Below, piece by piece: positions 29,443 to 38,799 of a stretch of DNA of 64,000 bases; positions within the stretch are counted from its first letter, which is position 1, and each line of letters starts with the position of its first letter. Both the position numbers and the translations under genes were made by a program. Where the stretch lies: the IMG/VR virus record IMGVR_UViG_3300043571_000407; one strand, written 5' to 3'. The notes under the pieces are model-generated. The model did not search any database. It saw nothing but the letters and a program-made list of their open reading frames with translations, and was not told the origin of the DNA. The DNA comes from an uncultured virus (IMG/VR IMGVR_UViG_3300043571_000407) (lineage: Duplodnaviria; Heunggongvirae; Uroviricota; Caudoviricetes).

Positions 29443-29516
29443 AAAAAAAAGTTTTAAAAACCCCTTGATAATTCCTAGGGAATCGGTTACAGTTAGGAAA
29501 GTAGAGAACAAAGAGC
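29443..29516 (+). promoter_or_regulatory. Repeated promoter with CCTAGG in the spacer
   Basis: TTGATA-17-TACAGT (29465-29493); near-identical to 25900-25974. Confidence 0.75.
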
Positions 29517-29537
29517 AAAAAAAGGAGCCAAACAACA

Positions 29538-29789
29538 ATGAATCAAGAATCATACTTTGTGATCATGGGACTATTGCAAGATGGAGTCCCTGTCTATAAG
29601 ACAGCCCGACCCCGCCCGAACGCATGGAGTTCGGAGTCTATAGATGCAAAAAAATACAATCACAGAAAAACCGCCGAGAATTCTCTAAACTCCAAGGGAG
29701 TAACGCTCTATTCTATTGGGATTAAGGATATTAAAGTTGAAGAAATCCCACCAAACGATCCTCGGCACATTCGAGCAGGTTATTCATAA
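29538..29789 (+). CDS. Hypothetical protein
   Basis: 83 aa, AAGGAG RBS; shares AK.Y..RK.AEN with 12857-13036. Confidence 0.65.
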   Translation: MNQESYFVIMGLLQDGVPVYKTARPRPNAWSSESIDAKKYNHRKTAENSLNSKGVTLYSIGIKDIKVEEIPPNDPRHIRAGYS

Positions 29790-29972
29790 CAATCTATAGG
29801 GACAACCAAGCCAGATTCCGGTGCGATCGCCACAAGAAAAATCACCCTACCACTCCCGACTTGTTTGATGATTGACTAACGGCGATCGCAATCGCAAACC
29901 AATTTAAGGCATGACTTTGGTTGGTATTGTGGTAAAATCAATGGGTTAAATAAAATCTCGTTATGTCTTTCA

Positions 29973-30170
29973 ATGAAAAACAATAACACCTACCTGATCG
30001 CGTTTATTATAGCCATTTCGGTCTTGACCCTCTGGATTAATGCCATAAATCTCGCCCATCACTTCTCTTTTCAAGGGAAGAAGGTTCAGGCTCTTGAATT
30101 GGTGGCAAATGGCGAAACCCCTAAAACAGAAACGAGTCCGAAGCGTGGCAATGGGAGACGTGAAGCATAA
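29973..30170 (+). CDS. PatX-like small exported peptide
   Basis: Hydrophobic N-terminal segment; C-terminal PKTETSPKRGNGRREA; TGGTAAAAT extended -10 upstream. Confidence 0.5.
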   Translation: MKNNNTYLIAFIIAISVLTLWINAINLAHHFSFQGKKVQALELVANGETPKTETSPKRGNGRREA

Positions 30171-30380
30171 ATGGAAAAGTTAAAAGCCTTTCTCAAAGCC
30201 CGAATCATGGGGAAAAGGCTGTTAACCATAAACCCTAGATCGGTGCAGTCCGAGTTACAGCTTACCCCGTTAGAATTTTGGGAGTCTATGGATCAATTAA
30301 AAGCCGATCAACAGATTAATTTCTACCAAACTAAAGGTAGTAGCGTAACCATCTATCCCGCAGCTATTCTCCTCGAATGA
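30171..30380 (+). CDS. Small hypothetical protein, possible winged helix
   Basis: 69 aa starting directly after the previous stop. Confidence 0.5.
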   Translation: MEKLKAFLKARIMGKRLLTINPRSVQSELQLTPLEFWESMDQLKADQQINFYQTKGSSVTIYPAAILLE

Positions 30381-30643
30381 ATAACTGCCTAAAATGCCAG
30401 ATCCCTCTCAAAAAGAATGGGATGGCTTCTGGGAATAGACAAAAATGGAGATGCCGAGACTGTGGGTTTAGTTTTACCGAGAATCCACAGCTAGGGGGAA
30501 GACCTCGGATATTTGAAGATCACATCTTGACCACTGCCGAACAAACAGCCCGACACCGGAAAAAGAAAAAGCTCAAGTTAACGGGATTATTGGTGGAGAC
30601 ATTAAAAGACAAGGGAACTATGTCAATAATGCAGATAAAGTAA
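30377..30643 (+). CDS. InsA-like zinc-ribbon protein
   Basis: CLKC...KKNG...RQKWRCRDCG, GGRPRIF, LTTAEQTARHRKK. Confidence 0.6.
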   Translation: MNNCLKCQIPLKKNGMASGNRQKWRCRDCGFSFTENPQLGGRPRIFEDHILTTAEQTARHRKKKKLKLTGLLVETLKDKGTMSIMQIK

Positions 30644-30644
30644 T

Positions 30645-30679
30645 TTGACATCCGCCCCGCCGTAAAACGGGCGGGGATT
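30645..30679 (+). mobile_element. Isolated IS200/IS605-like end hairpin
   Basis: TTGACATC followed by CCCCGCC-GTAAAACG-GGCGGGG-ATT; no tnpA/tnpB adjacent. Confidence 0.45.
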
Positions 30680-30873
30680 GATAAGTTTAAATAGTGAATT
30701 AACGCAAACTATCCCATTAACAAAGTTTAGAAATGAGCTCCCCAAGTTTAAAAGGCAAGCTCAATAGGGGTTTAATCCTAGGCTTTTTAATATTCAGATT
30801 ATTTTAAATGTTATAATTAATTAGTCCCCAAGATGTTCTCTCATCTGGGGACTATTCAAATTTAAGGAATTAT

Positions 30874-31374
30874 ATGAATTATAACATCATTCCGTTCGAC
30901 TACAACGGGGTCAAGATTCAAGTTCGGGAATCTGACGGATGGATAAACCTGACCGAGATGTGCAAAGCCTATGATGTGAGGCTCGACAACTGGATGCGGT
31001 TGAAAAGCTCAAAAGCTGAACTAGAAAGCCTCGTAAACTCCCCCAATCTTAACTACCTCAGATGTGAGGGAGTTAGCTCAAACCCTTACGGTGCAATCCT
31101 TGAAACAAAAGAAGGGAAGAAAGGTGGAACATGGGGTCATCCGTTACTCGCAGTCAAAGTTGCCCGATGGATTAATTCTGATTTTGCCAACTGGCTCGAT
31201 GCTCATAGTCTCGTTCTACTAAGAGACGGTAAAACTTCCTTAGACACCGACCCGTTTGCTCGGATACTGGAAATCAGGGGAGAAAACTATGGCGATCTTG
31301 ATAATCAGATTTTAATTGATGACCGCTTCGTTAATATCGAGGCTTACTCTAGCTGGTCTGTTGACGCGGAGTAG
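30874..31374 (+). CDS. KilA-N domain protein
   Basis: DGWINLTEMCKA...W.RL, GGTWGHPLLAVKVARWINSDF. Confidence 0.9.
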   Translation: MNYNIIPFDYNGVKIQVRESDGWINLTEMCKAYDVRLDNWMRLKSSKAELESLVNSPNLNYLRCEGVSSNPYGAILETKEGKKGGTWGHPLLAVKVARWINSDFANWLDAHSLVLLRDGKTSLDTDPFARILEIRGENYGDLDNQILIDDRFVNIEAYSSWSVDAE

Positions 31375-31532
31375 ATAGCGATCGCACCCTCTGGATTGAA
31401 TGCCAGAGGGTGCTATTAACCATTAAGACTCCCGTTGGCTTTAAGTAGGCGATCAGCAACCCATCTATATATTCAGTTAATCAAATACTCAACACCCCCT
31501 TTATCATCTTGCGGATAAAGGGGTTTATCTTG

Positions 31533-32846
31533 TCAATCAAGCCGACCGATAAGTTTTGGTTCTATACCAGAGAATGCTTTGAACCGATCTAAAATTACAG
31601 TGCAGTATTGTGGCGATAACTCAAATCCGTAAACTGTGCGATCGCCCTCCATTTTTTGCGCAGCCATTAATGTGGAACCACTCCCTAAAAAGCCATCGTA
31701 AATTAGATCCGTGGGTGCACTGCTATTGCCGAGAGCGTACTCAATTAAATCCAAGGGTTTCATTGTTGGGTGTTCACGGGATGCGGTGGGACGGTTAAAG
31801 TTCCAAACGGTAGTTTGGGAGCGATCAGCGTACCAATTGTGTGCGGCTCCAGGCTTCCATCCGTAGAGGATGGGTTCATGCTTCCAGTGGTAGTCTTGTC
31901 GCCCAAGGACGAGGGATTGTTTAACCCAAACTATTGATTGTTTATATAGCCACCCCCTTTCTCTCATCCCACGCCTAAAGTTCTCCCCTTCCGTATCGGC
32001 ATGGCAAACGTAAATCGCGGCTCCAGGTTTTGCTGCGTTACAGCATGAGGAGTAATATTTTAACAGGAACGTATAAAAATCAGAAGAGGACTCGAATGAG
32101 TCGTTCTCAATGACAAGCTTCTCTTCGGTCTTGCCTTCGTAAGCTACGTTATATGGTGGATCTGTGAAAATCATCCCTATCTGCCCGAAGCGATCGCCCA
32201 ACAAAGCCCGAAGATTGCCCTCAACAGTAGAATCCCCGCAACCCAATCGGTGGCGGCCTAAGCTCCACACCTCGCCTGGCTTAACACGGGGTTCAACTTC
32301 CTCAACGTTGTCTAAAAGTTTCTCAACGGCTTCTTGATCTTCCTCTTTCTTTTCGTGGGGAGTTGATTCTCCTCCACCGCCACCTTCGGTTTCCTGTGAT
32401 TCAGCTAACTCGCTAGTTCTACCTTCTAACTCCTTGAAAAGATCCTCTAACTTCCCAGGGAAACAAAAACTTTCGAGATCAACCTCTTGGGATATTTCTC
32501 TCAAGATGTCTATGTCATAGGTAGAGGCATCGGAAGCGTAGTTATCAACAAAGGTGTATCGCTCCCACTGCTCCTCTGTTAGCCCCTTCCTTTGAACTGC
32601 AACAATTTGATCTCCGGTTGCTTCGACAATTAGGACATTTTCCATCCCTAATTCCCTGGCTTCGGCTATTGTCCCGTTACCAGCGCGAATGATTCTATTT
32701 TCGTCAATAACAATACTGCGACAAGCACCAAATTCCTTGAGACTTTTGTTAATAACAGAAGCCGATTCAGGGGTTCGCTTCCGAGGATTCCGAGGTGTCA
32801 ATTTTAGGTCGGCAATATCAACTTGTTCGATTTTGGGTTTCGTCAT
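31533..32846 (-). CDS. ParB-like N-terminal domain plus N6/N4 DNA methyltransferase
   Basis: RNPRK, SLKEFG, IRAGNG; LGRHRLGCGDS, TDPPYNV, HPTMKP, DGFLGSGST. Confidence 0.9.
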   Translation of the reverse strand: MTKPKIEQVDIADLKLTPRNPRKRTPESASVINKSLKEFGACRSIVIDENRIIRAGNGTIAEARELGMENVLIVEATGDQIVAVQRKGLTEEQWERYTFVDNYASDASTYDIDILREISQEVDLESFCFPGKLEDLFKELEGRTSELAESQETEGGGGGESTPHEKKEEDQEAVEKLLDNVEEVEPRVKPGEVWSLGRHRLGCGDSTVEGNLRALLGDRFGQIGMIFTDPPYNVAYEGKTEEKLVIENDSFESSSDFYTFLLKYYSSCCNAAKPGAAIYVCHADTEGENFRRGMRERGWLYKQSIVWVKQSLVLGRQDYHWKHEPILYGWKPGAAHNWYADRSQTTVWNFNRPTASREHPTMKPLDLIEYALGNSSAPTDLIYDGFLGSGSTLMAAQKMEGDRTVYGFELSPQYCTVILDRFKAFSGIEPKLIGRLD

Positions 32847-32862
32847 AAATCAATAATATCTT

Positions 32863-33609
32863 ATGGTTGATTATGGTGTTCTGTCTATGTTAGCATCTAA
32901 TTGTCCATTTCGGCACGACTCGGAAGGAGTTCGGAATACTTTGAACAAACCTGATAATACAAGACTAGACCTTTTGATCAAAGCAGTCGAAATTTTAGTC
33001 GAGAATCCATACTTGTCCAACGTAAAAGTTGCCAAGTTAGTGGGGTGTGACGAAGGCTCTATTCGGCGATGGAAGAAGTTGGATATATGGAAAGAAGAAG
33101 AGCAAAAAATATTAAAAATAAGAATGGAGGTAGCAGGAAATATATTATCAAATATCGTAAAAGGTAATCAGAGTGAGCAAAGAAACCAAAGTCATCAGGA
33201 TACTCAAAGTCATCAAAATACTCAAAGATATCAGAATACTCAAGGTGTTCGGGAGCAAAACGAGGATGTTAAAGATTTTGATCGGACTGACGTATTTGAA
33301 ACAAAGAGACGGATTCAGTATCAAGCCAACCTAGAGAAACAGCAAGACGACTTAAAGTTATTCCTAGAGGCAATCAAGGCAACGGGCGTCCAATCGCTAA
33401 AGTTAGCAAATAAAACTTATACCGAGTTAGGGAAAATGGATAACCCTGTCAAGGCTTGCCAGCAGGGGACAAAGGCAGGGGTTCATTTTCACGTCCGTAC
33501 GGGGATGGACGCAGTAAAGGAAGTAGACCGACTCATTGAACGAATCTATCAAATAGATCGGGTTCTTGAGTATATGGAACAACAAATTGGGACAGATGAT
33601 TATGATTAA
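32863..33609 (+). CDS. HTH protein, possibly terminase small subunit
   Basis: SNVKVAKLVGCDEGSIRRWKK HTH followed by helical region; start uncertain. Confidence 0.4.
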   Translation: MVDYGVLSMLASNCPFRHDSEGVRNTLNKPDNTRLDLLIKAVEILVENPYLSNVKVAKLVGCDEGSIRRWKKLDIWKEEEQKILKIRMEVAGNILSNIVKGNQSEQRNQSHQDTQSHQNTQRYQNTQGVREQNEDVKDFDRTDVFETKRRIQYQANLEKQQDDLKLFLEAIKATGVQSLKLANKTYTELGKMDNPVKACQQGTKAGVHFHVRTGMDAVKEVDRLIERIYQIDRVLEYMEQQIGTDDYD

Positions 33610-33706
33610 CTTATATGGGACTACGTGTAACAGGCGAATCTACGGGAATGACAATACAAGAAAACACCCAATTAATACAGGGTGTTTTTGATTGATAAGA
33701 TAACTC

Positions 33707-34102
33707 TTAACTATCGGCGTTAAAACCATCTACAATCCCCATCAAATCAGGAATTAAAGATTGAATCTTTAAATATTTTTCCGATAAAGCCCCCTCCATT
33801 GCCTCCAGCCGTGCCTCTATGTCAGGGTCAATTGTCGGGGTTTGTCGTGCCTCTAGTTTGGCAATTCTGTCCAGCAGTTCAGCGTAGCTTGATTTGGGCT
33901 TTTCAACCTTCCTCTCTAGTTTTACCTCGCCATCGGTTAAGGTTTCAATCCCACTAATCAGGATATCTCTGATCGTTTTTGATTGGTCATAGTTAACGCT
34001 CCCCCTGTTGTTAGGGGCTGTGGGGTAATGTTCCCGTCCGTAGGCTTCTATTGCAGTCAGAAGGTCGTCGGGACATCGGAAGTTAATCAGTCTGTTAGCC
34101 AT
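33707..34102 (-). CDS. RHH-like regulator divergent from an early operon
   Basis: LINFRCPDDLL.AIE.YG.EHYP...DQSKTIRDIL; coiled-coil tail. Confidence 0.6.
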   Translation of the reverse strand: MANRLINFRCPDDLLTAIEAYGREHYPTAPNNRGSVNYDQSKTIRDILISGIETLTDGEVKLERKVEKPKSSYAELLDRIAKLEARQTPTIDPDIEARLEAMEGALSEKYLKIQSLIPDLMGIVDGFNADS

Positions 34103-34154
34103 AGGTTCTCTGTTTTACTTTGTGGGTTAAGTATAACACAACAATTGGGAATAT

Positions 34155-34238
34155 AGGACACATAACAGGACACATAACAGGACACATAACAGGACACATA
34201 ACAGGACATATAACAGGACACATAACAGGACATATAAG
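34155..34238. repeat. (AGGACA[CT]ATAAC) x7
   Basis: Seven 12-bp units in the divergent intergenic region. Confidence 0.95.
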
Positions 34239-34290
34239 TAAAACATTATGTTTTATGTCTTACCTATAGAAAAGTCTGATGTAAAACACC

Positions 34291-34319
34291 TTGACAAAGT
34301 AAAACAAATCGGTTATAGT
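34291..34319 (+). promoter_or_regulatory. Sigma70-type promoter with GTAAAACA boxes
   Basis: TTGACA-AAGTAAAACAAATCGGT-TATAGT. Confidence 0.75.
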
Positions 34320-34377
34320 GTTATACATAGGGTAAAAAAAACCCTTAAACCACTACGGAACACGGAACCTTGAAATT

Positions 34378-34644
34378 ATGAATAACCAAACAGAACGCTT
34401 CTTAACGTTTGCATCAGAAAAAATGGTGACAGTAGAAGGCTTCTACTACTGTTTCAACGATACCGGAATCGAGTTTATGCCCTCTGATAGTGAGTTATGG
34501 TTAACACTCACCTTTGAAGGGCAACTGGAAACCACCTATATCCAATACGAGGGGACTAAATCAATAGTCGAAGTCACTGAAAGATTCCCAGAAGATGTAA
34601 AGGTTACTGAAATCATCAAATGGTTAAAATCGAAAATTAAATAA
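34378..34644 (+). CDS. Hypothetical protein
   Basis: 88-aa ORF downstream of promoter. Confidence 0.6.
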   Translation: MNNQTERFLTFASEKMVTVEGFYYCFNDTGIEFMPSDSELWLTLTFEGQLETTYIQYEGTKSIVEVTERFPEDVKVTEIIKWLKSKIK

Positions 34645-34741
34645 ATCCTAAAACCCCTCCCTAGAGGGGAGTTTCACCCACCTATAACTCAACTGTCTTA
34701 CTTTTAAGTAAAACCTATAAGTAAGACTAATCTAAAACTAC

Positions 34742-34770
34742 TTGACATCTGTAAAGCATAGCTGTAAGAT
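34742..34770 (+). promoter_or_regulatory. Sigma70-type promoter
   Basis: TTGACA-17-TAAGAT flanked by GTAA(A/G)AC boxes. Confidence 0.65.
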
Positions 34771-34857
34771 GTAAGACATTAGAGTAAAACAATCAATACA
34801 GTTAACTCTGATAACGCAACACAACACAACACAGTCACTACATATAAGGACAACACA

Positions 34858-35571
<714 letters not shown>

Positions 35572-35654
35572 GGACTTCTAACCTATCTGTAAGACTTATA
35601 AGTAAAACATATAGTAAAGTGTTTTACTTATAAGTAAGACAAATGTAAAACTAC

Positions 35655-35683
35655 TTGGCAAAGTAAAACAAATTAGTTATACT
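35655..35683 (+). promoter_or_regulatory. Sigma70-type promoter with GTAAAACA boxes
   Basis: TTGGCA-AAGTAAAACAAATTAGT-TATACT; near copy of 34291-34319. Confidence 0.7.
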
Positions 35684-35799
35684 GTTTTACATAGGGGTCA
35701 AGAAAACACCTCTTAAACACAACAGAGTCAGAAGGGCTACTTTCTCAGGGACGCCCAACCGACTCCAATCAACCCAATAAAGGATCTAATCTAAATATC

Positions 35800-36210
35800 A
35801 TGGTAGCTCAAATCACGACCGCAATCACCACCGAGATTGTCGCCTCTTACACATCAGACTTCGACGGAATCACGATTGACACAATCCAAATGACTTACCC
35901 AGACGGGTCAACGGAAATCCGATACGGTTGGACTGAATTAATGGAAAATGGTGGCACAGTCCACTTTATCCGAACCGAGAACGGGACGGTTTTAAACGGG
36001 AACTGGGCAACGGTTCGCTCCAACAAATGGATGACCGCCTACAAAACTTTAAAACCCAAAACAACCCAAACCCGACCCGTCCCTGTGATTCGCTCCTATG
36101 CAGGAAAAGCCTTCAGTTCAGGACGGATTAAAAGCAATCCAGACCTCGATATTACAGAAGCACAATATCAAGAAATTATGAGTGATTATCGGGTATCACT
36201 CGGTTTGTAA
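35800..36210 (+). CDS. Hypothetical protein, paralog of the 9802-10428 C-domain
   Basis: 136 aa; shared motif pattern. Confidence 0.65.
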   Translation: MVAQITTAITTEIVASYTSDFDGITIDTIQMTYPDGSTEIRYGWTELMENGGTVHFIRTENGTVLNGNWATVRSNKWMTAYKTLKPKTTQTRPVPVIRSYAGKAFSSGRIKSNPDLDITEAQYQEIMSDYRVSLGL

Positions 36211-36277
36211 TTAATAAATTCCGGGGGTGAAATAATCCCCCTCTCCTAACACTTCAAACCACTTCTAAGGTAAAACA

Positions 36278-36778
36278 ATGCAACTTCAAACCCCTACAAC
36301 TGCCACTAACACAGCGATTCTACCCAACACTCCAAAGGATTTACGGGTCGCCTTAGCATCCGGTGAAACTCTAGGAATCAACCGACCATTTCTTGATATC
36401 CAACGGGATTTATACCGGAAAGTACCTGATAGTTACTATCAATTCAAAAGTAAAGGGAACACCCAAATTATTTACTTACCCTGGGAATTATTAAGCTGTT
36501 GCATGGATTACATTGTACCGGGTTGGGAAAAGTCAATTGTTCTTAACCAGATTGGGGAACGGGTGACTGTTGAATGTACCGTAACCATCCATAGTTCCGA
36601 CGGGTCATTCAAACGGACTGCCACAGGGAGCGACACTCTACTCGACGAGGGATATGGGGGGCCTGTAGTTGATGCAGAAAGTCAGGCATTCAGACGAGCC
36701 TTAGCTAATTTTGGATTTTGCTCTTATTTGTGGGATCGAGAAATTAGCAATGCCTTGATTAAAAGAATCAGAGGCTAG
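36278..36778 (+). CDS. Rad52/Rad22-family single-strand annealing protein
   Basis: YLPW, PGW, VECTVTI, RTATG, DAESQAFRRALANFG..YLW. Confidence 0.8.
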   Translation: MQLQTPTTATNTAILPNTPKDLRVALASGETLGINRPFLDIQRDLYRKVPDSYYQFKSKGNTQIIYLPWELLSCCMDYIVPGWEKSIVLNQIGERVTVECTVTIHSSDGSFKRTATGSDTLLDEGYGGPVVDAESQAFRRALANFGFCSYLWDREISNALIKRIRG

Positions 36779-36942
36779 GAATTAACCAATTGAGAGGGAT
36801 TAAAACCCTCTCACCGCCTCAAAACAACACTATAAAGGACGATATGTTGTTTGATTGGGAACGCGATTAATACCCCTAGAACAACCGAGACCTGAGCAAG
36901 TCTTTAAAAGGCTCAACAAACCAATTATTTAAGGTAAAAAAA

Positions 36943-37176
36943 ATGAACAGAAACTACATCGCCAGCGTCGAACCCTTAATCTTTGACACCTACGAGGAAT
37001 TTAAAGACTGGTTAGGGGAGGAAGAGGGCAAAAGCCCTAGTTTTATTGCCCCAGCTATGATCGGATTTCCTTCTAAAAAGGAGAGCGATAAATTTATCTT
37101 AAATTACAAACCAGAATTAACTTATGACTGTGGATCAGTCAAATACAACAAAATCTGGGGGAATCAATTCCTCTAG
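36943..37176 (+). CDS. Hypothetical protein
   Basis: 77 aa, TAAGGT RBS. Confidence 0.55.
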   Translation: MNRNYIASVEPLIFDTYEEFKDWLGEEEGKSPSFIAPAMIGFPSKKESDKFILNYKPELTYDCGSVKYNKIWGNQFL

Positions 37177-37276
37177 CCAATATCTGGGGGTGAAATTCCC
37201 CCAATTCAAATACATCAAGAATGGTGTATGTAACAATTTAGATTAATAAACAAATCAACCAAAGGAAAAAAATATC

Positions 37277-37612
37277 ATGTTAGATAATTTAATTATCGGT
37301 GGCAAATACACAATACATTTCATCTTTGAACAGTTTTATAAAAAAACTGAAACGTTAGTTTTAAACTCGTTTCATTATGAAATAAACGAGATTAAAAAAA
37401 CCGATTCAGGATTGCTAATCAAATGCAAACGTAAAGGTCAATTTTACGAAACAGAGCTTAGTACCATCGGTCATTTCATAATTACAGAAAATTGGGTTAA
37501 AAATCCAAAGATTAATTGTGAAAAGCTCAGAGGTTTACCACTCAACGAGATTCTAAAAATCAAAATGAAAGAGATAGGTATTGAAGAATCTGATTTCTTG
37601 TACCAACAATAA
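37277..37612 (+). CDS. Hypothetical protein
   Basis: 111 aa, AAAGGA RBS. Confidence 0.6.
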   Translation: MLDNLIIGGKYTIHFIFEQFYKKTETLVLNSFHYEINEIKKTDSGLLIKCKRKGQFYETELSTIGHFIITENWVKNPKINCEKLRGLPLNEILKIKMKEIGIEESDFLYQQ

Positions 37613-37773
37613 ACCTTTATGGGAATTGGCGATCGCATAACTTCAACTCAACAGAAAGGAGGTGATGTTTAGACGAGGATCATCGGTCATCTGGTGTTTG
37701 TGTAAGTAAGACGAATCCGGGGTAGGAAAGACCCTTGAACTACCCTTTTTTTTAACAAATTAACAGGAGGATA

Positions 37774-37959
37774 ATGAGTGAGTTTAGAGGCTTTGTAGTC
37801 AAGAATAGTTTAGGTCAAGTTGTATTTTCCGCTAGTCGCCATAGCGAAGCTAGAAAGGAATGTGAAAGGTTAAACCTTCTAGGTAATGACAAGTTTTTTA
37901 TTGAGGAAAACTGGAAAGGTACACCAGTTTCGGTTATTACAAGGACAAGGAGAACATGA
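37774..37959 (+). CDS. Hypothetical protein
   Basis: 61 aa, AGGAGG RBS. Confidence 0.55.
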   Translation: MSEFRGFVVKNSLGQVVFSASRHSEARKECERLNLLGNDKFFIEENWKGTPVSVITRTRRT

Positions 37960-38246
37960 GAAAAACAATTACAACACAGACAATTTATGGACTAGGAAAA
38001 GCTCAAGCCACAGCTAGAAAATGGTTGGCAGTTAACCGACTTGATGATGATTATTGGGGGATAACTTATATTCCGTTTGGGGTACGTTTTCCTGGTTGGT
38101 TTGCTACAAAAAGAGATGCGATCGCAGCGTCAAAAATAGCAAGGAGAATATTCCCTTATCCATTCAAAAATAACGAACACCTGATGCCAACAGAAGCGCA
38201 GTGGTTTGAATCCCTAGAAGACAATCAAATCAATTTTTATAGATAG
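37956..38246 (+). CDS. Hypothetical protein
   Basis: 96 aa, ATGA coupling; W.IT.IP.G motif. Confidence 0.6.
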   Translation: MRKTITTQTIYGLGKAQATARKWLAVNRLDDDYWGITYIPFGVRFPGWFATKRDAIAASKIARRIFPYPFKNNEHLMPTEAQWFESLEDNQINFYR

Positions 38247-38308
38247 GAGAAATCAATTGAGAGGGTTTAAACTCCCTCTCCTAAACTTCACCAATAGGAC
38301 TAAAAACA

Positions 38309-38680
38309 ATGCAAAAATCTACTTTTAAGATTGCCACAAAATTTTCGGATGCTACTCGCACCGAACCCAGAAAACCTATCGAATACACAGAAGTAAGTGG
38401 GTACGTCATCGGGAATTGGGGAATTACTAATCATGGGGCCGGGGATGGTTGGGTCGTCTACCATATTGTTAAGGGTTTGCGATTGTCCTATCTATGTTTT
38501 GAGTGGGATAACGCCGTCGTTGTTTTGCAGATGACCGTTAAATTATTTGGGGAAAACAACGACGGCGAACCGACCTCCGATAATTATAAAAAATCCTGTG
38601 ATTGGGAGCGCGAAGCACGCCTAATAGCGGCCCGCGATTGTCTTTATTTTGATGATGATTGCGATAGTGACGATGATTAA
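38309..38680 (+). CDS. Hypothetical protein
   Basis: 123 aa; V.GYVIGNWGI...W.VYH..KG motif. Confidence 0.6.
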   Translation: MQKSTFKIATKFSDATRTEPRKPIEYTEVSGYVIGNWGITNHGAGDGWVVYHIVKGLRLSYLCFEWDNAVVVLQMTVKLFGENNDGEPTSDNYKKSCDWEREARLIAARDCLYFDDDCDSDDD

Positions 38681-38706
38681 TTGATTTGATTGTCAAGAAT
38701 AACCAA

Positions 38707-38742
38707 TAATCCCTAGGGGTCAAGCTAACCTCTAGGGATTAG
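38707..38742. terminator. Hairpin between converging early and late operons
   Basis: TAATCCCTAG...CTAGGGATTA. Confidence 0.7.
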
Positions 38743-38799
38743 TTTTATTTTACGCTTGTAGCGATCACATTCCCTACACTTCCCAGTAAGATAGCTCCA

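Noticed and set aside
35614..35627. NtcA box GTA-N8-TAC
   Set aside because: Arises within a dense cluster of GTAAAAC-type boxes; cannot be told from chance
37654..37666. Perfect Shine-Dalgarno AAAGGAGGTGAT marking a gene
   Set aside because: No suitably spaced start and ORF follow; function unsupported
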